DNA from: Phycisphaerae bacterium
GTDB taxonomy: Bacteria > Planctomycetota > Phycisphaerae > UBA1845 > Fen-1342
Length of the DNA stretch: 63,617 bases
Assembly (NCBI GenBank): GCA_050115495.1
Contig: JASFQK010000040.1
Span: 1 to 63,617, forward strand
Direction: 5' to 3'
Shown here: positions 20,463 to 29,633 of the stretch, in pieces
How the letters are laid out: the number at the start of each line of letters is the position of its first letter
Position numbering within the stretch: the first letter of the stretch is position 1
Notes under the pieces: generated by a model
The model's database searches: none
Told to the model about the DNA's origin: nothing
The model's input: only the letters and a program-made list of their open reading frames with translations
Made by a program: the position numbers and the translations under genes

Positions 20463-21197
20463 ATGATCAGACGTGTTGGACTGGCCCTGCTGACCGGCGC
20501 CCTGCTGGCCGTGATCGTCGCCCCGGCCCTCGGCGAAGACCTGCCGACCATCGAGAAGAAGGTCATCGAGAGCTGGCAGAAGCATCGCTCGATGACGGCG
20601 AAGATCAACCTGACCACCCACATGGAAATGCCCGGCATGGCCATGGACGGGAAGGGCAGCGGGATCGTCGAGGTCATGAAGAAAGAGAACAAGATCTATC
20701 TTCGCATGGAACTCAAGAACGAGATGACCCAGAAGATGGGCGAAGAAGAGTCGAAGATGGAGCAGGAGATGACCACCATCATCGACGGTGAGTACGCCCA
20801 CACGCTCACCGACATGATGGGCCAGAAGATGGCGGTCAAGACCGCGATCGACCCCAAGATGACCGGCGATCCCACCCTCCTCTTCGAAGACCTCAAGAAG
20901 AACTACGAGCTGAAGGTCCTGCCCGACGAGACCGTCGAAAGCGTCAAGACCTACGTCATCGAGGCCACCCCGAAGGACAAGGCCGAAAACGCCGGCATGT
21001 CGAAGATGACCCTCTACTTCTCCCAGGACAACGGCGTCCAGATCAAGATGGTCATGTTCGACGCCAACGGCCAGCCGATGACCACCTTCACCTACAGCGA
21101 CATCAAGCTGGACGTCGACATCAACCCCGACCGGTTCGTCTTCAAGGCTCCCCCCGGCGTGCAGGTGATGGACCAAACCGGCACCAACAACCCGTAA
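20463..21197 (+). CDS. LolA-like outer-membrane lipoprotein carrier/sorting protein
   Basis: Signal peptide, IIDGEYAH, YVIEATPK, C-terminal DINPDRFVFKAPPGVQVMD typical of LolA fold; SD AAGGAG. Confidence 0.72.
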   Translation: MIRRVGLALLTGALLAVIVAPALGEDLPTIEKKVIESWQKHRSMTAKINLTTHMEMPGMAMDGKGSGIVEVMKKENKIYLRMELKNEMTQKMGEEESKMEQEMTTIIDGEYAHTLTDMMGQKMAVKTAIDPKMTGDPTLLFEDLKKNYELKVLPDETVESVKTYVIEATPKDKAENAGMSKMTLYFSQDNGVQIKMVMFDANGQPMTTFTYSDIKLDVDINPDRFVFKAPPGVQVMDQTGTNNP

Positions 21198-21230
21198 CGC
21201 GCACGCCGACTCCAACAAACGCACGATCCG

Positions 21231-21267
21231 CGGGCCGGGCTCCTCAAACGCCCGGCCCGCTCTCTTG
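21231..21267 (+). terminator. Hairpin terminator between convergent genes
   Basis: GCGGGCCGGGC-N9-GCCCGGCCCGC then TCTCTT. Confidence 0.65.
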
Positions 21268-22182
21268 TTACGATCCGGCCCCGCCTATTCCCAACTCGGC
21301 CCGCACCGCCGACTCCAGGCTGGTGAACCGGAACGGGAACGCTCCCGAGAGCAGCAAGGCGGGCCGCACGCGCGTGCTGGCCAGCAGCAATTCGCGGCCC
21401 ATTTCCCCCAGCAGCAGTCGAATAACCGCCGCCGGCATGTGCAGAAACGCCGACCGACGCAGCACGTGAGCTACCACGCGCGTGAATCCCGCGTTCGTAA
21501 CCGGTTCCGGACTGACGACATTGACCGGGCCCGCCATCGTCGGCGTGACCAGGGTGTGCTCCACAACGCGGACGACATCCTCTCGGGCGATCCAGCTCAG
21601 ATACTGCCGCCCGCTGCCCAGCCGGCCGCCCAGCCCCAGCCGAAACGGCCTCCGCAGCCGGCCCAGCACACCGCCCTCCCCGGCCAGCACCACGCCCAGC
21701 CGCAGGTTCACGACGCGGATGCCCGCCTCGCGGGCTGGCTCCGTCGCCCGTTCCCAGGCCTGAACCACCTCCGGCAGGAACCCCTGTCCGGGTGTACTGG
21801 CCTCGGTGAGCAGCTCATCTCCCCGATCGCCGTAGTAGCCGATGGCCGAAGCCGCAATCAGCACGCCCGGCCGCCGGGCTGACCCCGCCAGCTCCCGGCA
21901 CAGCCGCTCGGTCGTCCCCACCCGGCTGTCGAAGATGAGCCGCTTGCGGGCGGCGGTCCAGCGCCCGCCGGCGATGTTCTCCCCGGCCAGGTGCACGATC
22001 GCGTCCGCCGGCTCGAGGTCGGCGCGGATCTGTCCCGTCGCCGGATCCCACCATACGGCGTGCGGGCCGACCAGTTCTGCCGCCCGCACCAGCCGCCACA
22101 CGTCCCAGCCGGCGTCGGCCAGATACACCGCCAACCGCCGCCCCACAAGACCGCCGGCACCAGTGATGAAGACGCGTCGCAT
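21268..22182 (-). CDS. TIGR01777/YfcH-family NAD-dependent epimerase
   Basis: ITGAGGLVG, HLAGENIAGGRW, ASAIGYYG, GGRLGSGRQYLSWI, GPVNVVSPEPVTN. Confidence 0.9.
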   Translation of the reverse strand: MRRVFITGAGGLVGRRLAVYLADAGWDVWRLVRAAELVGPHAVWWDPATGQIRADLEPADAIVHLAGENIAGGRWTAARKRLIFDSRVGTTERLCRELAGSARRPGVLIAASAIGYYGDRGDELLTEASTPGQGFLPEVVQAWERATEPAREAGIRVVNLRLGVVLAGEGGVLGRLRRPFRLGLGGRLGSGRQYLSWIAREDVVRVVEHTLVTPTMAGPVNVVSPEPVTNAGFTRVVAHVLRRSAFLHMPAAVIRLLLGEMGRELLLASTRVRPALLLSGAFPFRFTSLESAVRAELGIGGAGS

Positions 22183-22226
22183 AGGCTCTACCCCACGAAC
22201 CGAATCGGCCCGCACCGGGCATCTTC

Positions 22227-22397
22227 GTAGCGGCCGACCTCCGTGTCGGCCGTCGGACGCCAGACCGCGCTCCGTCCGGTAGCGTCGGCCCCCCGTGGCC
22301 GACGTCGAACGCCGGCAACGCTCGGTCCCGCGCCTTTTGACTCCTGACTTCTGTCTCCCGGTCCTCTCGAAGACACTGCTCAAGAGCAGTGGCACAC
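22227..22397 (+). repeat. REP-like cluster: two GTAG hairpins plus a CACTGCTC/GAGCAGTG hairpin
   Basis: GTAGCGGCCGACCTCCGTGTCGGCCG (22227), GTAGCGTCGGCCCCCCGTGGCCGACG (22279), AGACACTGCTCAAGAGCAGTGGCACAC (22371, identical to 33697). Confidence 0.8.
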
Positions 22398-22538
22398 CGA
22401 TCGCCCGGCCCGCTTCACCGCCGCGCAGTGTAGCCGTCCACGCGAAACGTCTCCAACCCCCCAAGGCGCCGGCGGCGATCGCGTCTACAATCTGCTTCGC
22501 GCATGGTGGATGCGCGTTTCTCCCCGCGGAGGGTCAAC

Positions 22539-24881
22539 ATGATTCGCCAGATCGCGACAGTCTGCTGTTTGCTCGCGTGTGCCGTCGCGGCCGCCGACCA
22601 GGGCGGGCTCACCGAAGCCCAGAAAGCGGCGCTCGTCCAGCACTTCGGTTTCGGTCAGATGCAGATCTACAAGATCAAGCCCGGCATCAGCGACCTCGAG
22701 CTGGCCGACCTGGACCGGGACGGCCGCACCGACGTCATCCTGTGGAACGCCCACCAGAGCCGCTTCGAGCTCTTCTACCAGCCGGCGCCCGGTGCCGAGG
22801 AGCAGCCCGCCCCGCCACTGGAACGCAACGAGGTCGCCAGCCGCGGCCCGCTACGTCACGAGAACGTCCCCGTGGCCTACCGCGTGGCCACGCTCGCCGT
22901 CGCCGACCTCACCGCTGATGGCCGGCCTGATATCGTCTTCTTCGGCGAACCGAAGGAAGTGGTGATTCTCCCCGGACGTGAAGGTGGCGGCTTCGACCCG
23001 CCCAGCGCCGTGCGTGCCCCCGACGGTGCCCCCCGCCGCAGCGCCCTGGCCATCGGCGACTTCAACCACGACGGCCACGACGACGTCGCCCTCCTCGGCC
23101 CCGAAGTGCTCCAGATCTTCCTGCAGAAACCGGAAGGCGGCCTGGCCAAACCTACGCGCATCGTCCACGGCATCGCCAGCCCCGGCCTGCTCCTCGCCGC
23201 CGACATCGACGGCGACGGCCGCGATGACCTGGCCATCGGTTCCGACGAGGACCAGTACGGCATCTACGTCTGCCGGCAGGGGCCCGACGGGGCGATGAGC
23301 GCCCTGCGCCGCCTCCGCGTGCCGGACGTGCGCAGCATGACCTTCGCCCCCGCCGAGGGCGGCGACGACCTCTTCGCCATCGAGGCGGCCACCGGCCACC
23401 TCAAGCACTACCGCTGGGGTCTGGCCCCGCAGACCGGCGGCTACGCCGACTGGCCGCAGCGTTTGTACAGCTACCCCCTGAAGATTCAGAGCAAGCGCAT
23501 CCCCTTCGCCGTCGGCGATCTGGATGGCGACGGCCTGCCCGACTGCGTCACCGCCGACCCGGAGGCCGCGCAGTTCATCTTCTTCCGCGGCACCACCGAG
23601 GGTCTGGCCGCGGGCACGCCGTTCCCCGGCCTGATGAAAACCGCCGACCTGTGCATCGCCGACCTCGACGGCGACGGCCACAACGAGCTGCTCAGCGTCA
23701 GCCCTGAGGAGAAGACGCTCGGCCATTCCGTCTACGCCGACGGACGCCTCAGCTTCCCGCGCCCGCTGCCAGTCACCGGCGAGCCGCTGGCCGTCGTCGC
23801 CGGCCGCCTCGGCGCCGCCGACAGCCCCATGCGCCTGGCCTGCGTCGTCCGCGCCAAACCCGCCGGCGACGAGAAGAAGGACGAAGGCGAAGAAGAGGAG
23901 GAGGATCCGGACACGGAGATGTTCGTCCGCCTGCTCGACCCGGCCGCCGACTACGCCGTCTTGCAGAGCTGGACCTGCGACAAGACCGACGAGCCCACGG
24001 GCCTGCGTCTGGCCGACATCGACCAGGACGGTCGGCAAGACCTGCTGCTGTTCTCCCGCTATTCGTCGCTCCAGGCGTTTCGCCAGGATGACACCGGCCA
24101 CTTCAAGACCTTCGGTGGCAGCGACACGCGCGACGGGCTGGTGCGCGCCGGCAAGCCCCAGAGCTTCTGTCTGAGCGACGTGACCGGCGACGGCAAGCCC
24201 GAGGTGATCCTCGCCCAGAAGGGGCTGGCCCGGGCCCTCCGCGTGCAGGACAACCGCTGGACCGTCGTGGACCAGTACAATCCCGAAACGGCCAACGCCG
24301 AGATCACCGGCCTGGCCACGCTGCCCGGGCCGGCCGGCAGCCCGACCGTCGTGATGTACGACCGCAAGGCCCGCGACCTGCTCGTTCTCCGCCGGCGCGA
24401 GGACAACACCTACGCCGTCGCCCAGACCATGCCCGTCGGCAACTTCGACCTGTCAGCGATGTTCCCCCTGACGGTCGGCTCCGAGCAGCGGCCGGGCCTG
24501 CTGCTGGCCGACACCGGAAAGCTGGTGCTGTTCTCACCCGACGAAACGGCGCCCACCTTCGTCGTCCAGGACTCCTACGAGACCGACGCCAAGGACGCCT
24601 TCCTGGCCGATGCCGTTATCGGCGACTTAAACCACGACGGCGTGCGCGACGTGCTCCTGGTGGACATGCGCAAGGCCGCCCTCGAGATCCTGACCACGCT
24701 GCCCGACGGCGCCTTCGTCCGCGCCATGCGCTTCCAGGTCTTCCAGGGCAAACGCTTCTCGGATGACCCCGACTCCTACGGCGAGCCGCACGAGGTGCTG
24801 ATCGGCGATGTCGACGGCGACGGCGTCGACGACATCGCCCTGCTCGTCCACGACCGCCTCATCATTTACCCCGGGCAGTAG
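22539..24881 (+). CDS. Secreted FG-GAP/VCBS repeat beta-propeller protein
   Basis: Signal peptide; about 10 DLDGDGxxD repeats (ADLDRDGRTDV, GDFNHDGHDDV, GDLDGDGLPD, GDVDGDGVDDI). Confidence 0.85.
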   Translation: MIRQIATVCCLLACAVAAADQGGLTEAQKAALVQHFGFGQMQIYKIKPGISDLELADLDRDGRTDVILWNAHQSRFELFYQPAPGAEEQPAPPLERNEVASRGPLRHENVPVAYRVATLAVADLTADGRPDIVFFGEPKEVVILPGREGGGFDPPSAVRAPDGAPRRSALAIGDFNHDGHDDVALLGPEVLQIFLQKPEGGLAKPTRIVHGIASPGLLLAADIDGDGRDDLAIGSDEDQYGIYVCRQGPDGAMSALRRLRVPDVRSMTFAPAEGGDDLFAIEAATGHLKHYRWGLAPQTGGYADWPQRLYSYPLKIQSKRIPFAVGDLDGDGLPDCVTADPEAAQFIFFRGTTEGLAAGTPFPGLMKTADLCIADLDGDGHNELLSVSPEEKTLGHSVYADGRLSFPRPLPVTGEPLAVVAGRLGAADSPMRLACVVRAKPAGDEKKDEGEEEEEDPDTEMFVRLLDPAADYAVLQSWTCDKTDEPTGLRLADIDQDGRQDLLLFSRYSSLQAFRQDDTGHFKTFGGSDTRDGLVRAGKPQSFCLSDVTGDGKPEVILAQKGLARALRVQDNRWTVVDQYNPETANAEITGLATLPGPAGSPTVVMYDRKARDLLVLRRREDNTYAVAQTMPVGNFDLSAMFPLTVGSEQRPGLLLADTGKLVLFSPDETAPTFVVQDSYETDAKDAFLADAVIGDLNHDGVRDVLLVDMRKAALEILTTLPDGAFVRAMRFQVFQGKRFSDDPDSYGEPHEVLIGDVDGDGVDDIALLVHDRLIIYPGQ

Positions 24882-24895
24882 GCCGCAGCGGCCGC

Positions 24896-25840
24896 TCAGG
24901 GCACGACGAAGCTGTCCGTGTTGGTCAGCGGGCCGAGCGGCTGCTCCCGCTTCGGCACCAGGCCGATCCAACCGCCGGCCAGCGTCAGGTCCGCCTGCAA
25001 CGTGTAGATGTTGTCGTTGTTCACGCCGACGATCGGCCGCTTCTCGAACGCCACGTGCGAGTCCTCGTACAGCACGTTCTGCCCCTCGCGCTTGTGATTG
25101 CGGCTGTTGTACGGCCGCCAGGCGTTCTCCTTCCGATCGAGCGCGTCCTCACCCCACTTCGTCGGCGGTTTCACCTGCGAACGGGCGTCCCGCATCGTCC
25201 CTGAACCCGACAGCCCTTTGCCGCCGGATTTGTAGTACGGCCCCTTGTCGGCCATGATCGGCATCCGCGGGTCCAGACCGTCCCGCGGCCGGCCCTTCTG
25301 CCCGTACGGAAGCTGGTAGCCGTAGCTCAGGCAGTGGTAGCCGCGGAAGTCGAAACGGTTCACGCCCGGCTGAGCGGCGACCTCCCGACCGCCGTCAACG
25401 TTCCGCAGGCGATCCTCCGCGTCGTGCGTGGAGGGACAGACGAACTGCTGCGGCGCGCTGTTGCCCGTGATGACCAGCATGAACAGCGACCGGCTGGGGT
25501 GGTTACGGTCCGGGCTCTTCTCGTCCGTCGTCTGCTCGGTGATCTTCAGGAACTCGTTCGAGCCCATCGTCCCTTCCCACTGTACCGCCACGTCCCGCCC
25601 GCCTTCCGTCTGCTCCGGCGGTTTCTGGAAGTAGTGGTGCGGGTACCAGTCACGGTTGTCGTTGGCGTAGATTTTGATGCCCTGACCCAGCCCGCGCAGG
25701 TTCGCCCCGCAGACGGCCTGCTTCGAAGACTCCCGCACCTGCGGGAGCATCGGCACCAGAACCGTACCCAATAGCGCGACCGCCGCGACGACACACACCA
25801 GATCCGCCATCGTGAGCCCCCGCCGGCTTCCCGTGAGCAT
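24896..25840 (-). CDS. Prepilin-like DUF1559 / H-X9-DG family protein, copy A
   Basis: RRG-LTMADLVCVV hydrophobic N-terminus, C-x-x-NLRGLG, FVCPS, NHKREGQNVLYEDSHV. Confidence 0.82.
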   Translation of the reverse strand: MLTGSRRGLTMADLVCVVAAVALLGTVLVPMLPQVRESSKQAVCGANLRGLGQGIKIYANDNRDWYPHHYFQKPPEQTEGGRDVAVQWEGTMGSNEFLKITEQTTDEKSPDRNHPSRSLFMLVITGNSAPQQFVCPSTHDAEDRLRNVDGGREVAAQPGVNRFDFRGYHCLSYGYQLPYGQKGRPRDGLDPRMPIMADKGPYYKSGGKGLSGSGTMRDARSQVKPPTKWGEDALDRKENAWRPYNSRNHKREGQNVLYEDSHVAFEKRPIVGVNNDNIYTLQADLTLAGGWIGLVPKREQPLGPLTNTDSFVVP

Positions 25841-25991
25841 GATCTTTCCTCCCAGGGACGCGATTCGTCCCGAACGTGCCACACGCGGCCGGAGGCGCAC
25901 CGCCCCCGGCGTGCCCGTCTACGCTGGGCGCTTCGTACCGACGCGGCCGGCGGGCGTCAAGAGAAATCACCCGGCGGCGCCCCTCCGTCGC

Positions 25992-26951
25992 TCAGGGGAC
26001 GATGAAGCTGTCCGTATTCGTCAGCGGCCCCACCGGATGCTCCGCTCCGGGCACCAGACCCGCCCAGCTGCCCGCCAGTGTCAGATCCGTCTGCAACGAG
26101 TAGATGTTGTCGTAGTTGACGCCGACGATCGGCCGCTTGAGGAACTCCACGTGCCCATCCGCAGACGTGACGTTCTGCCCCTCGCCGCGGTGATTCCGGC
26201 TGTTGAACGGCCGCCAGGCGTTCATCTCCCGGCGAATCGCGTCCTCACCCCAATCCCCTGGCGGCACGATGTTCGAGCGGGCATCGCGCACCGTCCCCGA
26301 GCCCGGCAACCCCTCGCCGCCGGACGTGTAATACGGGCCTTTCTCTGCGGCAATCGCCATTCGCGGGTCGAGGTTGCTGTTCATCCTGGCCAGCTTGCCG
26401 TACGGAAGCTGGTAGCCGTAGCTCAGGCAGTGGTAGCCGCGGAAGTCGAAGCGGTTGACGCCCGGCATGCATACAACCTCGCGGCCATCCTCGACGTTCC
26501 GCAACGGATCCTCTACGTCTCGCGAACTTGGGCACAGGAACGACTTCGGCGAGTTGTTCCCGCCGATGACCAGCAGAAACAGCGAGCGACTCGGATGGTT
26601 GCGATCTGGGCTCTTCTGCGGTGTCGTCTGCTCGGTGATCTTCAGGAACTCGTTCGAGCCCATCGTCCCTTCCCAGCGCACCGCAACCTCGCGATCACGC
26701 TCCTTCGGATTCGGTGCCGGCCGGTAGTAGTGCTGCGGGAACCAATCCGCGTTGTCGTTCGAGTAGATGAACATCCCCTGGCCGATGCCACGCAGATTCG
26801 ACGCGCACACGGCTCGCTTCGCCAGCTCCCGCGCCCGCGACAGCGACGGCAACAGAATCGCGATGAGCAGCGCAATCACCGCAATGACCCAGAACAGGTC
26901 CGCGCTTGAGAACCCCCGCCGCACACGGTTCGATCGATGTCCCATCAACAT
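25992..26951 (-). CDS. Prepilin-like DUF1559 / H-X9-DG family protein, copy B
   Basis: RRG-FSSADLFWVIAVIALLIAILLPSLSRARE, CASNLRGIG, FLCPS, NHRGEGQNVTSADGHV. Confidence 0.85.
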   Translation of the reverse strand: MLMGHRSNRVRRGFSSADLFWVIAVIALLIAILLPSLSRARELAKRAVCASNLRGIGQGMFIYSNDNADWFPQHYYRPAPNPKERDREVAVRWEGTMGSNEFLKITEQTTPQKSPDRNHPSRSLFLLVIGGNNSPKSFLCPSSRDVEDPLRNVEDGREVVCMPGVNRFDFRGYHCLSYGYQLPYGKLARMNSNLDPRMAIAAEKGPYYTSGGEGLPGSGTVRDARSNIVPPGDWGEDAIRREMNAWRPFNSRNHRGEGQNVTSADGHVEFLKRPIVGVNYDNIYSLQTDLTLAGSWAGLVPGAEHPVGPLTNTDSFIVP

Positions 26952-27026
26952 GTGCAATCCTCCCCGGGACGCGCTGCGTCCCGAACGTGCCATGCCTCAC
27001 CCGAGGCGACAGCCCCCTGCGATGAC

Positions 27027-27986
27027 TTAAGGCACAATGAAGTTGTCCGTGTTCGTCAGCGGACCGACAGGCCGGTCCGCCGCGGGCACCAGGCCCGCCC
27101 AACTGCCCGCCGGTGTCAGATCCGTCTGCAACGTGTAGATATTGTCGTAGTTGACGCCGACGATCGGCCGCTTCACGAACTCGACGTGGCAGTCCGCGAA
27201 CAGCACGTTCTGCCCTTCGCCGTTGTGGTTGCGGCTATTGTACGGCCGCCAAGCGTCCAGCTCCCGGCGAATCGCATCCTCGCCCCAATCCTCCGGCGGC
27301 ATGACGTCCGAGCGGGCATCGCGGACCGTTCCCGAACCCGGCAACGCCTCGCCGCCCGACGTGTAGTACGGACCCTTGTCGGCGGACAGCGCCATGCGCG
27401 GATCCATGCCGTTGCGCGGCTTGGCCCGCTTCCCGTACGGAAGCTGGTAGCCATAGCTCAGGCGGTCGTAGCCACGAAAGTCGAAGCGGTTGACCCCCGG
27501 CATACACGCCACCTCGCGGCCATCCTCCAGATTCCGTAGCGAATCCTCGACATCGCGCGAACCTGGGCACAGGAACGCCGACGGCGCGTTGTTCCCACCG
27601 ACGACCAGCATGAACAGCGAGCGACTGGGATGGCTGCGGTCCGGGCTCTTCTGCGGCGTCGTCTGCTCAGTGATCTTCAGGAACTCGTTCGAGCCCATCG
27701 TCCCTTCCCAGCGCACCGCGACATCCCGTTCGTTGGCACTCGGCACCTTCGGCTCGCGGTAGTAATGATGCGGGAACCACTCCTCGTTGTCGTTCGCGTA
27801 GATGTGCATGCTCTGGCAGATACAGCGCAGATTCGCCGCGCACACGGCCCGCTTCGCCAGATGCCGCGCCCGCATCAGCGACGGCAACAGGATCGCGATG
27901 AGCAGCGCGATCACCACCAGGACCCAGAACACGTCTGCCCCTGAGAGCCCCCGCCGCATGCGGCGCTTACGATTCCCCACGGACAT
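27027..27986 (-). CDS. Prepilin-like DUF1559 / H-X9-DG family protein, copy C
   Basis: RRG-LSGADVFWVLVVIALLIAILLPSL, CAANLR, FLCPG, NHNGEGQNVLFADCHV. Confidence 0.85.
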   Translation of the reverse strand: MSVGNRKRRMRRGLSGADVFWVLVVIALLIAILLPSLMRARHLAKRAVCAANLRCICQSMHIYANDNEEWFPHHYYREPKVPSANERDVAVRWEGTMGSNEFLKITEQTTPQKSPDRSHPSRSLFMLVVGGNNAPSAFLCPGSRDVEDSLRNLEDGREVACMPGVNRFDFRGYDRLSYGYQLPYGKRAKPRNGMDPRMALSADKGPYYTSGGEALPGSGTVRDARSDVMPPEDWGEDAIRRELDAWRPYNSRNHNGEGQNVLFADCHVEFVKRPIVGVNYDNIYTLQTDLTPAGSWAGLVPAADRPVGPLTNTDNFIVP

Positions 27987-28102
27987 GGGTAGTCCTCCCC
28001 GGGACACGACCGGTCCCGAACATGCCACACCTCACCGGAGGCGCGCCGCCGCCGGCGTGCTCACTCGCTCTGTGCGCGTGGTACCGGGCGGCCCGGTCGC
28101 CG

Positions 28103-29545
28103 TCAAGGGAAATCCGCCGGCGGTCGCCCGGCCGGCTGCAACGTGAACACGCCGACCGCCGTCGCCACCAGCCCCCCCAATCCCAATAGCGCCGCCAGCC
28201 ATTCCCACTCTACCGACTTCGCCCGTCTGGCCGCGTACATCTCCGCCACCGGCTGCGCCCACTGCGCAAATGGCGGGGCGGCCGCCGCTTCTGCCGGCGG
28301 AAGGGCCAACACCTCCGCCGCGTACGTCTCCGCCGACCAGGGCAACAGGTAATCCGTCCACCGGCCGGCGGGCATCTCGATCCACAAGAGCCACGTCACC
28401 TGAAACGTCGCCGTCACCAGCAGCAGCCACATCCCCGCCTGCAATCGTCGGTGCACCATCGCCGCCACCACCAGCAGCGGCAGCACCACCAGCAGATATC
28501 GCTCGTGCGCATGCACCGGCAGCATCACCGCCGCCAGCAGCGACCACACCGCCCACAGCAGATACCCCTGCGGGTCCCCTCGCCACCGCCACCAGATCCA
28601 CACGAACCCCACCGCCAGCGCCGCCAGCAGCATCCCCCGCCCCCACGCCGCCTTCGATACACCCCACAACGTCGCGCTGGCGTCCACCGAATCGCACAGC
28701 AGCAAGTCCACGTACCACACGTTGAACGACGTCAGCGTCGTGTGCGTGCTCGCCTGTCGCAGATTGTCGGCGTAGCTCGCCTGCCACCACGCTGTTCCGC
28801 CGTGCACGAAGAACGGCGCAGCGATCACCACCAGCACGGCAATCCCTAGCGCCAGCGCTCCCGCCGGCCGCCACCACGGCCGCCCGGTCACGATTACGAG
28901 TCCCCAGAGCGGCAGCAGCAACACCGCCTGCGGCTTCAGGCCCGCCGCCACGCCAAAGAGAACACCCGCCAGCACCCATCGCCGTCCCACAATCGCCCAC
29001 AGCATCCACACCGCCGGCGCCAGCACCGTGCTGTCCACCTGCCCCCAGATCGCCGAGTCCCACCACATCGGCGGCGCCAGCACCATCAGCGCGAACGTCC
29101 AGAACGCCCACCGTCCCGGCCGCCAGCGGGCCACCAGCGCCGCACAGCCCCACGCCAGCAGCAGATCACACACAATCGCCGGCGCCGCGAAGATGACGCG
29201 CGACGTCAGTGTATTGATCAGGCGATCCGGACTGACCAGCCGAAACAGCCACCCCGCTCCCCACAGCCAATACACCGACAGCGGCGGGTAATTGCAGCGC
29301 TCGTCGGCCTCTCGTTGTCCGATAACCCAGCGGTTCTCCGCGACCGACCACTCCCTCAGGTTCCATCTCGGCGGCGAAGCGTCGTACACGCTGAGCACAC
29401 CGCGATCGGTCGCCTGAATCGCCCAGCGCACGAACTGGTCATGATCTGGCGTATAGCCCCACCGCGCCCCGACCGGCAGCAGCGCTACCCGCAGCGCTAA
29501 CCCGACCAGGGCAATCGTGATCCAATACCTTCTGCGAACGTTCAC
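28103..29545 (-). CDS. GT-C superfamily membrane glycosyltransferase (mannosyltransferase-like)
   Basis: Multi-TM; YTPDHDQF, CNYPPL, DSAIWGQVDS, LKPQAV, HERYL motifs. Confidence 0.75.
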   Translation of the reverse strand: MNVRRRYWITIALVGLALRVALLPVGARWGYTPDHDQFVRWAIQATDRGVLSVYDASPPRWNLREWSVAENRWVIGQREADERCNYPPLSVYWLWGAGWLFRLVSPDRLINTLTSRVIFAAPAIVCDLLLAWGCAALVARWRPGRWAFWTFALMVLAPPMWWDSAIWGQVDSTVLAPAVWMLWAIVGRRWVLAGVLFGVAAGLKPQAVLLLPLWGLVIVTGRPWWRPAGALALGIAVLVVIAAPFFVHGGTAWWQASYADNLRQASTHTTLTSFNVWYVDLLLCDSVDASATLWGVSKAAWGRGMLLAALAVGFVWIWWRWRGDPQGYLLWAVWSLLAAVMLPVHAHERYLLVVLPLLVVAAMVHRRLQAGMWLLLVTATFQVTWLLWIEMPAGRWTDYLLPWSAETYAAEVLALPPAEAAAAPPFAQWAQPVAEMYAARRAKSVEWEWLAALLGLGGLVATAVGVFTLQPAGRPPADFP

Positions 29546-29633
29546 GACCCGAGCCTACCCGCCGCCGCCGACACCGTCCACAGAACCGGCCGCGCCCTAT
29601 CGTCCACGCGAAACGTCAGCGAGAATGCCGCCC

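Noticed and set aside
24896..27986. Diversity-generating retroelement acting on the pilin-like triplet or dockerin tails
   Set aside because: No reverse transcriptase in the window, and differences between copies are not adenine-specific.
25876..28027. TGGCAC/TGGCAT upstream of the pilin-like genes as sigma54 promoters
   Set aside because: No TTGC/GC at the -12 position (GGAC instead).
29546..29633. yybP-ykoY riboswitch upstream of terC/alx
   Set aside because: The intergenic gap is under 90 bp, is shared with a divergent gene, and shows no recognisable aptamer.
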